Origin: Octopus sinensis
Taxonomy: Eukaryota
Direction of reading: 5' to 3'
NCBI RefSeq assembly: GCF_006345805.1
Contig: NC_043012.1
Span: forward strand, 8,122,001-8,186,000
Length of the DNA stretch: 64,000 nucleotides
Below the pieces are notes generated by a model. It saw only the letters and a program-made list of their open reading frames with translations, was not told the origin of the DNA and did no database searches. This document shows, one piece after another, positions 38,591-50,930 of the stretch. The position numbers were made by a program, and so were the translations under genes. Positions within the stretch are counted from its first letter, which is position 1; every line of letters begins with the position of its first letter.

Positions 38591-39339
38591 CCAGACACTC
38601 ACGTGTGTGTGTGTGTGTGTGTAATAGTTACTATGCACAATAAACCATTATCTTGTGGTGTAGGTTTGATGCTTAGAGTAAGATGTGAGGGCTATAATTA
38701 CACAACCACATAACTCACTATATAGTATAAAAGTGTGCTCTATGGTGAATTACAAAATCTTCCTTGACTAATTAAAGATGTGTAAATTTACGCAGTTAAT
38801 TTAGCCAGATCTAGCAGCTGCAGATGTTGGAATATCATTACCAGCATCTGTTTGGGGGTGTGATGAAATAAATATATCAAGTGATATCAAGGGAAAGGAG
38901 ATAATTGCACACGACGGGTTGTGTTGTTATGTTTAAGAGTTGTGAGTTTGTTAAAAAGAGGAGGACAGAAGAGGTAAGGCGGGAGGAGAAAGAGGAAGAG
39001 ACAATAAATCGATAATATAATATATTGATGATTGTAAGTTACTGAAGTGAGATCAGAGGAAGAGATAAGGTGGTGGAGGGGAATGGAAAAATAAAAGAAA
39101 TTATTTATTTAATATCAACAGAGAATGTCTACTGGCTAGAGAAAGTAATAAATGGTTTATATAATCTATAATATATGGCTGTGGGGTTATGATGTTCGCT
39201 TCCCAACATCAAGGTCTAAAGTTCAATCCTACTGCACAGCACCTAGGGGCAAATGCCTTCTGCTGTAGACCCCAAGCTGACCAGAGCAGTGTAAATGAAT
39301 TTGGTAAAGAGAAAACAAGCCAGTCAGTTATAATAATGA

Positions 39340-40082
39340 TTACAAACTTCGACACAAGGCCAGCAATTCTGGGGGGAGGGAGATGAGGGTAAGTTGATTA
39401 CATTGATCGCAATATCTAACGGGAACTTATTTTATTCATCCTGAAAGGATAAAAGACAAAGATGGCTGAAATGGAAGTTGAGCTCAGAGCATGAAGACGG
39501 ATGAAATGCTGTCAAGTTAAAAAAAAAAAAAAGAAGTGGATGCTAAAATGTTAATGATGGTGAACTGATGTCTTTAAAGAAATGATTATTCATTAAATAG
39601 ACTAATAATCATAATAGCTATTTCCAACATAGGCACAAAGCCAAAAATTTGGTGGGGACACATTAGTCAATACCAGTGACCTCAGTAGCTGACTGGTCCT
39701 TCCTTTTATCAGCCCTGAAAGGACAAAAGGTAAAGATGCCCTCAATTGGATTTGAACACAGAACATAAACAAGCATAAGACATTTTACCCAAAGCTCAAC
39801 CAGTTCTACCTTTGATCCACTGATCTTTAATAATCGTTTCTAATGAGGCACAATGGAGGGCGTTAGACAATCTTATCAACTCCAGTATTTCACTAGTGCT
39901 TAATTTATCAATCATCATTGTCATCATCACCATCACTTAACTGATACTAATTTTATTGACTCCAGAAAGGATGAAAGGCAAAGTCAACCATGGTGGAATT
40001 TGAACTCAGAACGTGAAGGCGGACAAAACGCCACTAGACATTTTGCCCAGCGTGCTAATGATTCTGACAGCTCATTACCTTA
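39340..40082 (-). mobile_element. Array of diverged minus-strand SINE B copies
   Basis: Repeated GAAAGGATGAAAGGCAAAGTC-like core. Confidence 0.75.
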
Positions 40083-40646
40083 CAAATAATAATTATGATG
40101 ATGATGATGATATATACATTTATACATTTTTATCTGATTATTCCCTCCACTAACCTAACTTGTATCTCTACAGGTTACCCTTGAAACTTGTCCCAACCCA
40201 CCCTAACACAAATAACATAACTCTAATAATACATCACACACACACACACACACATATATAAACACACACACATACATGCATACACTTGTCAGTTAATGAA
40301 TGTATGTTATGTCAGCTGTGCAGATTGCAGTTTACTCTTCATTATGTTGCTTCACTAAACAACACCCCCCCCACCCGTCTTTCACTCCACCCACCCACCC
40401 AGTGTTGTAAGAATGTGTGGAGGTTATTCAAATTTCTGTTTACTTCTTACAAATATTTGCCCCAACCAACATCACCCTCATCACACTTACACACACACAC
40501 ATACACACACAAACTTATACCTGCTAAATGTCAATTAGTACCCCCTAACCTTTTCCATTGCTTCCTTAATGAAGCAACTTTAAAGAAGAACTTTAGCATA
40601 TCAGCGCATCACTCTGTTACTATAACACAAACTGAGCCAGCGTAAA

Positions 40647-40863
40647 CCCTTTAGCAATATAAACCAGCTAAATCTGGCTCAAATACTCTGCATGTTTTAC
40701 ATCCAAGCTGATCATACATAGCCTCTCAAACCTAACCTACACTGACATTTTAAAAAAAATTAACAATCCCCTCATCAAAACCTCAAAGCTTTTAAGATAA
40801 TGCATGATTAATTCAAAATAATTTTAATAAAAAAGCATAAGATTTGGCTGAGTAACCTGAAAG
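40647..40863. mobile_element. piggyBac-type MITE (family P2), degraded
   Basis: Starts CCCTTTAGCA; body is colinear with the copies at 56728 and 62207. Confidence 0.6.
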
Positions 40864-41203
40864 TTGATTAAACTAGCTCTCTTTCATCATCATCATCATC
40901 ATCATCAATGTTTAATGTGTGTTTTCCATGCTAGCATGAGTGGGACAGTACCCCAAGATTTGGCCAGGCCAAAGCCTGCACCAGACTTCTGTGTCTGTTT
41001 TTGGCAGAATTTTTACAGCTAGATGCCCTTCTTAACACCAACCACTCAACAGAATGGACTGAGTGCTTTTTACATGGCACAAGCACAGATGATGTAAGTA
41101 GAGCTTTTTACGTGGCACAAGCACAGGCGAAGATCATCATCATCGTTTGATGCCCGTCTTCATCGTTTAATACACATTAGATATACATACACTCCATAAT
41201 ATA

Positions 41204-41769
41204 TTGGGTTGTCCAGAAAGTTTGTGCCGATTTATAGAAGCTTACATTCCGACTTATTTTAGACCATGGTTGAGTCCATAAAATAGGATTTTACTACACC
41301 TCCATTTAGAGCGCAGTTTAAGATATCTTTTCATGAAAGAAGGTTTATGTTCCTATAACCTGTGTTAATTCTGTAACCCTTTAAAATGGAAGATAAGAAA
41401 GTTCATTTTCGGCACTTGATGCTTTGGGAACCAGAGAAAAATTGCTGCAGCTCGGCTGGAATGTGTTACCCCACCCTCCATATTCACCAGATATTGCTCC
41501 TTCGGATTTCCACTTATTCAGATCTCTGCAGAATAGTCTTAATGGTATAAATTTCAATTCCTTGGATGACATAAAGAGATACCTTGATGAACTCTTTGCC
41601 ATGAAACCACCTCAATTCTGGGAAGAGGGTATTTTCAAGTTAAAGGAAAGATGGAGACGCATTGTACAACAAAATGGTTCATATTTGATTGATTAAAAAT
41701 GTAATGGCAAGTATTTATTGACCTTTTTCTTTCCTTTAAATATCGGTACAGACTTTCCAGACAATCCAA
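41204..41769 (+). mobile_element. Internally deleted mariner (DD34D) transposon, mellifera-subfamily-like
   Basis: TA TSDs; TIRs TTGGGTTGTCCAGAAAGTTTGTGCCGAT / ATCGGTACAGACTTTCCAGACAATCCAA. Transposase N-terminus MEDKKVHFRHLMLWE (41386) is fused out of frame to the C-terminus ...LPHPPYSPDIAPSDFHLFRSLQN...QNGSYLID*. Confidence 0.93.
41386..41696 (+). pseudogene. Mariner transposase remnant (first 15 and last ~88 codons)
   Basis: YSPDIAPSD motif is present; most of the catalytic domain is deleted at ~41430. Confidence 0.92.
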
Positions 41770-41794
41770 TAGTTTTATTCATATTCAGAAGTCG

Positions 41795-42093
41795 AATTTT
41801 TTATACCGGGTACTTATTCTATTGGTCACTTTTGCTGAACTGCTAAGTAAAAAGGACATAAACACACCAACATTGGTTGTCACATAGTGGTAGGGGGACA
41901 AAAACAGACATACACACACACACATATATATGTACGCAAGGTTTTCTTTCAGTTTCTCTCCATCAAATCCACTCACAAGGCTTTGGTTGTACCAAAGTTA
42001 CAATAGAAAACATTTGCTCAAAATGTCATGCAATGGGACTGAACCTTGAAGCATGTGGTTGGGAAACAAGCTTAATACCACACAGCCATGCCT
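41795..42093 (-). mobile_element. SINE family A, diverged
   Basis: Reverse-complement similarity. Confidence 0.8.
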
Positions 42094-42874
42094 ACAACAC
42101 CTAGAATGGTTAAGTCAATCAATCCCTAAGTAGTTTCCCTCACAGCCATACAACTATTACAATACTCAGCTTGATACATAAAGGGTATGTACAGACTAAA
42201 GAAATGTATAAATTTACAGCACCATCAAACCCACACAACTTTAGTAGGAAATAATCTTCATAATCAAAATGGTGGTGGTGGCAGTGGTAGTGGAGTAACA
42301 GTAATAGCTGTAATGATAGAGGTGTTGATGGTAACGGTTACGGCAATGAGAGGAGGTGGCAGCAGTGGTGGTAATAGGGGATATAGTGATAAAATTAGTG
42401 GTAGATAAATGGTGGGGGTGGAATTCCCGGGCACAGGGCACAGAAGACTGAAGAATTTGTCAAGAAAAAGAAAAGGAAAAAGAAAAAAAAGGGCAAAAGA
42501 GAAACATACAAACAAACAAAAGCATTCCTTGCAAGAAAGGGTTAAATGGTAAAACCCCGAAATTCCATTCAGTTTAGTTTTGAAATTTAAGGAATCAGTA
42601 AAGTAAAAATTACTAGAAGAGCTAATAACATATTTTCTGATTGTAAGAACTCTTGAGATGCATGTAACCTTTGTAGGTCATTAGGAGGAGGAGGAGAAGC
42701 TGGGGGTATGTAATGTTTGAGACAGCATACACACACACACACACACACACACTATGTTCTTTGACATGTTCCAATAACTGACATATTTATATAGTCTGGG
42801 AATGTTCTGATAAGCTACCACCATTTGTACCTCATACTTCATGAAATTATTATTATTATTATTCCAAAGGTGAT

Positions 42875-43340
42875 AAAGTGGCAAGTTGGCAGAATCGTTA
42901 GCATGCCAGACAAGCTGCTTAACAACATTTTGCCTGCCTTTACGTTCTGGGTTCTTATTCTGCTAAGGTCAACTTTGCTTTTCTCCTTTTTGGAGGGGGG
43001 TGGGTCGATAAAATAAGTACCATTTGAGCACTGGGGTCGATGTAACTGACTCAGCCTCCTCTTACAAAATAGCTGGCTTTGCATCAAAACTTGAATTCCC
43101 TTATTACTGAAGATGGCATGCTGGCAGAATTGTTAGAATGCTTCGTGGCATTTTGCCTGTCTTTACAATCTGAGTTCAAATTCCGCCGAGGTCAACTCTG
43201 CCTTTCATCCTGTCAGGGTTGATAAAATAAATATCAGTTGAGCACTGTGGTCAATGTAATCGACTCAGCTGGCCTCATGTCAAAATTTTGAACCATTATT
43301 ACTGAAGGTGGCAAACTGGCAGAATCGTTAGCATACAGGC
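42875..43340 (+). mobile_element. Tandem SINE B copies (two full, one head)
   Basis: Same unit with short TTA linkers. Confidence 0.82.
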
Positions 43341-43361
43341 CAAAATTCTCGTGTCTATAGT

Positions 43362-43588
43362 ATTCTTTTATCCTTTTATTTGTTTCAGTCATCTGACCAT
43401 GGCCATGCTGGAACACCACCTTTAGTCAAACAAAGTGACCTCAAGACTTATTCTTTGTGAGCCTAGTATTTATCCTATTGGTGTCTTTTGCTGAACTGCG
43501 AAGTTATGGGGATGTAAACACACCAACATCAGTTGTCAAGCGATGATGGGTGGACAAACAAAGACACACAAACATACTCACACACACG

Positions 43589-43632
<44 letters not shown>

Positions 43633-43797
43633 CGACAGGCTTCTTTTAGTTTCTGTCTATCAAATCCACTCACAAGGTTTTCGTTGGCCTGAGGCTATAG
43701 TAGAAGACACTTGCCCAAAGTGCCACGCAGTGGGACTGAACCCGGAACCATGTGGTTGGTTAGCAAGCTACTTACCACACAGCCACTCCTGCGCCTA
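43362..43797 (-). mobile_element. SINE family A, full length
   Basis: Reverse-complement similarity. Confidence 0.88.
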
Positions 43798-44684
43798 TGA
43801 TCATTTATTTTTTAGAACGATGTTCTAGGTCAGGTGTTAGTGGCTGGGTCTGGCTGGTCTGAACATAAAACAGGCAGAATATTTTGGCACCATGTAAAAA
43901 GCACCCATGCTGGCACCACATAAAAAGTTCCTGTGCTGATGCCACATTAAAAGCACCCAGTGCACTCTGTGAAGTGGTTGGCATTAAGAAGGGCATCCAG
44001 CTATAGAAACCATACAAAAACAGTTGGAGCCTGGTGCAGCTCTCCAACTTGCCAGCTCCTATCAAACTATCCAACCCACACCAGCACAGAAAACAGACGT
44101 ATGATGACAATGGTGGTGGTGGTGATATGACCAGTTTAGAGTCTAAAGAAGTATATGACTAATAAAATGGTTCTTTCACAAAGTAATTCTTCCAGTATCA
44201 ACACAGCTATCTCAGAACAAGTCATTTGCCAAATATTTACAACTCCAAAAATACGTTCCTTATGTCTTAGAAAAATGTAGGAATGTCACTCAAACACATT
44301 ATTAGTCTTTTTCTAAAGAAAAAAATATCATTGGAAAAAAAAACAAAAAAAACCAATCTTTGATTCTATCCAAATTTGAGTTTTCTGCAAAATAGCTAGA
44401 GCAGCAGTACCAAGAGAATATTCTTCAAAAAATCCCTTTATCTGTTCTTAAGTGAACCATGTTAAGGTAATTTTTGCCTTTCATCTTTGAGTTGATAAAT
44501 GGGCTGAAAGTATTAATAATATACTATGGTCAAGTACTAACTCTACTCTAGTTCTTACACTTAGAAAAAAATAGAGATCATTTGTGTGTTAATGCAAGAC
44601 TTTGAAAATAAGTTTGTTTCAGCGGAGGGTCAAGGGAATGAAGTATAATTTACACAGCAACAACATTATCAACAAGAATGTCAA

Positions 44685-45020
44685 GGTGCATGGCTCAGTG
44701 GTTAGAGTGTCAGGCTCACAATCATAATGTAGTGAGTTCAATTCCTGGATGAGACGGTGTGCTGTGTTCTTGAGCAAGACACTTTATTTCATGTTGCTCC
44801 AGTTCACTCAGCTGCAGAATTGAGTAGCAACATCACTGGTGCCAAGCTGTATCAGCGTTCACCTTTCCCTTGGATAAGATTGGCATCATGGAGAAGGCAG
44901 GCCGGTATGCATGGGTGACTGCTGCTCTTCCATAAACAATCTGGCCCAGACTTGTGCCTTGGGGGATAATTTTCTAGGTACAATCCCATGGTCATTCATG
45001 ACTGAAAGGGGTCTTTACCT
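44685..45020 (+). mobile_element. SINE family D, full length
   Basis: As above. Confidence 0.85.
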
Positions 45021-45164
45021 TATCAACAAGAAACAATACCAATAACCTAACAAGTAAATACTATACAACACCTACCACATCATAAACTATCAGATACTAT
45101 TAGACACCATGGTATACCTACTATATCATATAGTATGTACTGTAGTAGGCCTACTATAGCATTG

Positions 45165-45300
45165 CTTGATGTCATGCCAGACTGATTATATCTTTCCCAG
45201 ACACTATACTGTTTTGCAGCATCACTGTTAGATTCTTCCTGTTGATTTTAATGCAATAACTTCATCACGTTTAACTGGAGACGCCATATTTGTTGAGGAG
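45165..45300 (-). pseudogene. Possible Tc1/maT-like transposase N-terminal fragment
   Basis: Minus strand MASPVKRDEVIALKSTG / ESNSDAAKQYSVWERYNQSG; weak resemblance to a transposase first HTH. Confidence 0.4.
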
Positions 45301-45549
45301 ATTATCACAGTCAAACAAAAACTGTAAACACTTAAAGCTGAGAGATTCACAAATCACAGTGCAGGATCGAAAATATAATTGCTTTATCTAATAATTTTCA
45401 AGAATCTTTTTTTAATCATAGGTAAATCTTTCTGAGACACCAGTGTGTGTGTGTGTGTGTGTGTGTCTGTGTAAACAAACAAACATTTGTTTTTTTACAA
45501 GCATCGAAATGTGTATTGTACGATACAAATAAAAAGATATTTTTCCAAC

Positions 45550-46380
45550 ACACTATTTAGTACATTTTGTAAAATATGTACTCGTTAGTACCTACTGTAC
45601 TATACATGTACTAATTAATGCATACATCTTTAGCATCTAAATTTGAAAATGAATTTGTCAACGGGCTGTTTAGCTTAATGGTAAAGCACTTAGCCAGAGT
45701 CTTGGGGGATGTGGGTTTGAGTCCCATGGTTGGTTGTTGACAAATTTTTCTGCTTTGTAAGGATAATTTACCCAACATTTCTGCTGTTCTAACTGCAATT
45801 CTGCATTCAAAAAATATCGTATTTGTATTGTAAAGTGTGTGTATGTGGGGAGGTGTCTGTTGTTAGTCTTGCAAGGGATCTGGGTCTGCACCTTGAAATT
45901 CTTGCTTAGGTTTTGTTGGCAGAGCCATATTCACAGTACTTTAGAGACACTTTGTACAGTAATATGTTGTATGTACTATTAAGTACCTGCTATGCTATAT
46001 CTGCACTATTTAGTACATATTGTAACATGCATACTGTTTAGTACCTACTGTACTATATAATATGTACTAATTAATACACACAGTTTAGTTTGTAGTATGT
46101 ATTACTTAGTACCTACTATACAATATAGAATGTACAAAATAGCCCATGTTGTATCACGTTACATGTACTATATGATAGCTACTATTGAATATAGTCTGTT
46201 CCATTTAGTATGTCTTATGATATTTAGTATAAAATATTTAGTAACTATTGCACTACATAGAATGTACTAAATAAACACTATAAAATTTTGTATGTACTAT
46301 ATTTAGTACCTACTATAGTATGTAGGCTGTACAATATAGCCTGATTTATGGTATGTTACATTTAATATGTAATAAAAGTA
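45550..46380. repeat. Degenerate AT-rich tandem repeat (TGTACTATTTAGTACCTACT-like), interrupted by the tRNA-like insert
   Basis: 45551-45630 recurs at ~46003-46085; the TAGTACCTACT motif is repeated. Confidence 0.65.
45663..45735 (+). pseudogene. tRNA-like sequence (decayed tRNA or SINE head)
   Basis: D-arm TAGCTTAATGGTAAAGC and T-arm GTGGG-TTTGAGT-CCCAT are present; the acceptor and anticodon stems do not pair. Confidence 0.55.
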
Positions 46381-46772
46381 TATTTCCTCTTTTATAAATA
46401 TCACAGCATATAAAATTTATTACATTATGATAATAAATACTGGAATAAGTGGAATGGTAGGTATTGCCAGATTGCTTAAATGTCTTTTTCACATTCTTAC
46501 ATCATGAGACTCTTTACACAACAATAATTTACCATTTAATGGTGGAGAATTAATATAACTGTTTTCCACAAAGAATAAAGGACTCCACCTATGTGTCTCC
46601 CTCGAAACTCTAAAGAATGCCATATTATTTTCCTTTTAGTGTTCCAGACCAAACATTTGGGAGCTGTTATAACAAGGGTAGAACAGTGTCCCCTAATTAG
46701 ATGAGTGAACAACTAATGATTTCAAACATAAAAAACAACAACAGCAGCAACAACCAAATTGGATCACAGGAT

Positions 46773-46982
46773 ACTCTTACTCTTTTACTTGTTTCAGTCA
46801 TTTGACTGCGGCCATGCTGGAGCACCGCCTTTAGTCAAGCAAATCGACCCCGGGACTTATTCTTTGTAAGCCCAGTGCTTATTCTATCGGTCTCTTTTGC
46901 CGAACCGCTAAGTGACGGGGACGTAAACACACCAGCATTGGTTGTCAAGCAATGCTAGGGGGACAAACACAGACACAAACAT

Positions 46983-47027
<45 letters not shown>

Positions 47028-47720
47028 TATATACGACAGGCTTCTTTCAGTTTCCATCTACCAAATCCACTCACAAGGCATTGGTCGGCCTGGGGCTATA
47101 GCAGAAGACACTTGCCCAAGATGCCACGCAGTGGGACTGAACCCGGAACCATGTGGTTGGTTAGCAAGCTACTTACCACACAGCCACTCCTGCACCTATA
47201 CAGAAAACACACACAACACCACTATACATGGTGTGCTCCAGCTTGCCCTTAATGGTAATGACAAAAACAAGTGCTACTGCATGTAACTGCTGCAATGTAC
47301 CCTAATCAATGCTTTTGTTTAACATGTTTCAGTTGTTTGATTGCAGCCATGCTGGAGCACCACTTTGAAGGGTTTTAGTTGAACAAATCAACCCCAGTAC
47401 TTATTTTTCTCTTAAGCCTAGTACTTATTCTATCAGTCTCTTCTGCTGAACCGCTAAGTTACGGGGACATAAACACACCAACACCGGTTGTCAAGCAGTG
47501 AAGTGGGGACAACACAGATACACACACACACACACACACAAACACACATACATACATATGATAAGCTTCTTTCAGTTTCTGTCTACTAAATAGATTCACA
47601 AGGTTTTGTCAGCCCTAGGCTATAGTAAAAAGCACTTGCCCAAGGTGCACACAGTGGGACTGAACCTGGGACCATGGGGTTGGGAAGCAAGCTTCTTACC
47701 ACACAGTCACGCCTGTGCCT
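46773..47720 (-). mobile_element. Two SINE A copies (46773-47198 young; 47325-47720 older)
   Basis: Reverse-complement similarity. Confidence 0.88.
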
Positions 47721-47764
47721 ACTACATCTTGAAATTTTCTCCAACCACTGAGCAAAAATATTTA

Positions 47765-47982
47765 AATCCTTTGTTACCAGATTTTTGCTTAAACACTGGC
47801 TTTGTTTCCCAATTAACTTGGAGAATAAGGAAGAATTTAGTAAAATAACTTTATTATCACAGAGCAGGGGTTTAGAGCATAAAATAGCATTTCGACAGCT
47901 TTCAATTTAGACCACTTTAAAACAGGAAGTTTACTGTCAGAGAAGCGGAGATGGTCTCAGATGGGTTGGGATCAAAAGGATT
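47765..47982. mobile_element. Degraded P1 MITE in the opposite orientation (partial further copy ~48030-48150)
   Basis: Shares GAAGAATTTAGTAAAATAACT and decayed termini with 24950-25170. Confidence 0.55.
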
Positions 47983-48845
47983 ACGACAAGCATGATGGAA
48001 AGATCTAGAAGCTAAATGATATATCTAGAACATTTCTGTTGAAATATACTGCTTTTTTTTTTCAATTAAATTTGAAAACTATGAAGAATTTAGTAACATA
48101 TTTTTGTTTGGAACATAAATAATCTTGAAATTTTTATGGGTTTTAATTCACATCATCATCACCATTTAATTTCAGTTTTCCATGCTGACATGGGTTTGAT
48201 GGTTTGACAGGAGCTGCACCAAGTACCATTGTCTGTTTTGGTCTGGTTTCTACAGCTGGATGCCCTTCCTAATGCCAACCACTTCACAGAGCATATTGGG
48301 CGTTTCTTATGTGGAACAAGCACCAGTACTGACAGGGTCAAGTACCTTGCAAAACAAAAACTCCTCAACTGGGACGAGAGTGGGGACAGTCTCAAGTAGG
48401 TTTGTATCAATAGGGTTAAAACAGGATGTTAGTTCCAAAGAACCAAAAGTGGTCTCGGGCAGGTGAGTACCAATCAAAAGGTAACACACTCAGAGCAAAG
48501 TGCATGACATCCACACTTTCCTGCAGCTTGTCAACGGCACCTTTGTGAATTCGTGAATAAAAAATGAGCAACAACATTTAGATGTGTGCAGCACCAATAC
48601 ATTGACTGGACGGCAACATCCCACCAGCTGTGGCTTGGAGGGAATGCTGACTTCAGCACATCAGTGAAATATATATGTTTGCAGAGAAGAAAACAAACTA
48701 GAAAAACATATAACGTTAGTTCCATGTTTTCTGTGGTAAGTGAGACTGGAGGAATAAGAGCTATTCTGTGGTCAATAAACAATATTTGGAATGCTAAAGG
48801 GAAAACAACATAAACGTACACAGACAGACATGATCACACACAGAC

Positions 48846-48883
<38 letters not shown>

Positions 48884-49184
48884 ACACACATGCACATATG
48901 CACACCAGAAATATGTAGAAAACCAGTGTCAATTTGGTTGAAAGGAAGTGGATTGCAATTGTTAAATCAATAAAGAAAAAAAAGTTAAAGAGATCAATAC
49001 CTGACCAAACAGTGAGCTTTGATTAGTCTATGTTGTATTGGTTTCTTAGAAATGAAGATTCCTGCTTTAATTTCCTGTCAAAAGAACTGTCTTTGCTTGT
49101 GGCGCCAAAGTAACTGATTGATTGAACCAATTGGCTTCTATATTAGACCAATCATATACAGAGTTTATTATTCTTTGATGTTTT

Positions 49185-49352
49185 CTAGCTTGGTGCTGAA
49201 GATAATGGTATCTTACCGTAGACACATGATCAGTCTTTGTGGCTTGGTGCTGAAGATAACGGTGGATCATGCCAGCTATGGTCACATGATCAGCCCTGTA
49301 GCTTGGTGCTGAAGTTAATGGTATGTTATGCCAACTCTAGTCACATGATAGA
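49185..49352. repeat. Tandem repeat ~55-60 bp x3
   Basis: GCTTGGTGCTGAAG.TAA.GGT...CACATGAT repeated. Confidence 0.8.
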
Positions 49353-49840
49353 CTAAGCAGGACTGTGAAACTTAATCATTTCTTATGATGGTCGTATCCA
49401 GCATGCAGTTACCTGCCCCCATTCAGAGACAGTACAGTTCAGTTAATCCAACCCCTTTGGACCAGGGTAGAGTCAGATTATCAAATATGTCATTGTATTG
49501 ACATTTATTCTTACAAAACCAACAAAATTATGTTGTTTTTTTTTAACCAAGTCATCAAATATTCAGCTATGGACACACTATGGCTGAATGGTTAAAATGT
49601 TTGATTCTCAATCACAAGATCCAGAGTTCAATCTGTGTGGCATCATGGGTAAGAGTCTTTTACTATAGTCTCAGATCAACCCTGCATTGTGAAACAGAGT
49701 AGATGGAAACTATAAGGAAACCCAATAATTCAAAAAGGTCTAGTCTTGTCATATTCATGCCATCTAAGAATTACATTAATAGTAAAATACATGCTAATTC
49801 AGTGACTAAATGACTGCAAAACCCATTATCAGAAATTGTG

Positions 49841-50014
49841 AGTTATGCACTGGGGTCGATGTAATCAACTTAATCCGTTTGTCTGTCCTTGTTTGTCCCC
49901 TCTGTGTTTAGCCCCTTGTGGGTAGTAAACAAATAGGTATTTTATCTGCCGTTATGTTCTGAGGTCAAATTCCACCAAGGTCGACTTCATCCTTTCGGAG
50001 TTGTTAAATTAAGT
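49841..50014 (+). mobile_element. Circularly permuted, head-less SINE B2 unit
   Basis: The 3' half precedes the middle part; flanked by GAAATTGTGA / GAAATGGTGA. Confidence 0.7.
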
Positions 50015-50177
50015 GAAATGGTGAAATGAAAAAAAGAGAGGAAAATGCCAGATAATCAGGTCAACTGGTGTATTGAATAAGGGATAAAGGAATTTCACTG
50101 GATCTAGAGTAAAGGTAGATGACTTATGAAAACATGAACTACCTGGCTGTTATCACATGTATATAAAACATGTATAG

Positions 50178-50407
50178 CAGTGGTTCCCAAAGTGGGCGGT
50201 AGAAAGATCTAATAATGGGGTGGCGATGGATGTAAAAGAAAATCCAAAATAATGAAGTTAATTAGATTTATTTGTGAAATACAGTTGTTTTGAATTTGCT
50301 GCAGAAAATGGTCTGTGTTTGTGGTGGTGAGTGGTTGGGAGGAAGGGCTAGGAATGTGGCCTGGGTGTCAAGGGGGGCAGCAGCCTGAAAAAGTTCAGGA
50401 ACCACTG
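50178..50407. mobile_element. hAT (Charlie-like) MITE
   Basis: TIR CAGTGGTTCC / GGAACCACTG; 8-bp TSD ATGTATAG / ATGCATAG. Confidence 0.8.
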
Positions 50408-50589
50408 ATGCATAGTTATCACACATATATAAAGGTATGATGGAAAGTTAGTTGATTCATAGCAACTCTACAGAATCACTGCTACATGTCTAAAAACCAT
50501 AGAAACGCCTGGTATTGAAGATCAAGAAAATGACGAAGTAAAAGAGAAAAGAATGGTTTGGTGGTAAGTTACAGAAGAATTTATTGGAA

Positions 50590-50930
50590 AACTATAGAAA
50601 TGGCACCTGTGCCAGTGACACATAAAAAGTACCCATTACACTCTTGGAGTGGTAGGCATTTGGAAGAGTATCAAGCCATAGAAATCATGCCAAATCAGAC
50701 TGGAAACCAGTGCAGCTCCCCGGATTACCAGTTCCAGTAAAACTGCCTACCCCACGCCGGCATGGAAAGTGGGTATTAAATGATGATGATGATGGGAAGG
50801 GCATCCAACTGTAGAAGCCATGCTAAATCAGACTGGAACTTGGGGCAGCTCTCTGGCTTACCAGTTCCAGTGAAACTGTCTGACCCATGCCAGCATAGAA
50901 AGCAGACGCTAAATGATGATAACGATAATG
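50590..50930 (+). mobile_element. Two tandem family E 3' ends
   Basis: The second copy begins directly in the (GAT)n tail of the first. Confidence 0.8.

Noticed and set aside
45663-45735. Functional tRNA gene
   Set aside because: The acceptor stem is mismatched and the T-loop reads TTTGAGT. The other tRNA-like heads in the window are SINE heads.
48575-48665. miRNA-like sequence (TGGACGG, miR-184 seed-like)
   Set aside because: The rest of the sequence does not match miR-184, and no convincing precursor hairpin forms.
49185-49352. Tandem hammerheads (CTGAAGA in two units)
   Set aside because: No GAAA box or closable stem II follows.
49405-49425. Minus-strand donor CAG|GTAACT with a nearby ATG as an alternative first exon
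   Set aside because: ATG GGG GCA G ends in phase 1, incompatible with the phase-0 exon at 26323. A lone donor motif is weak evidence.
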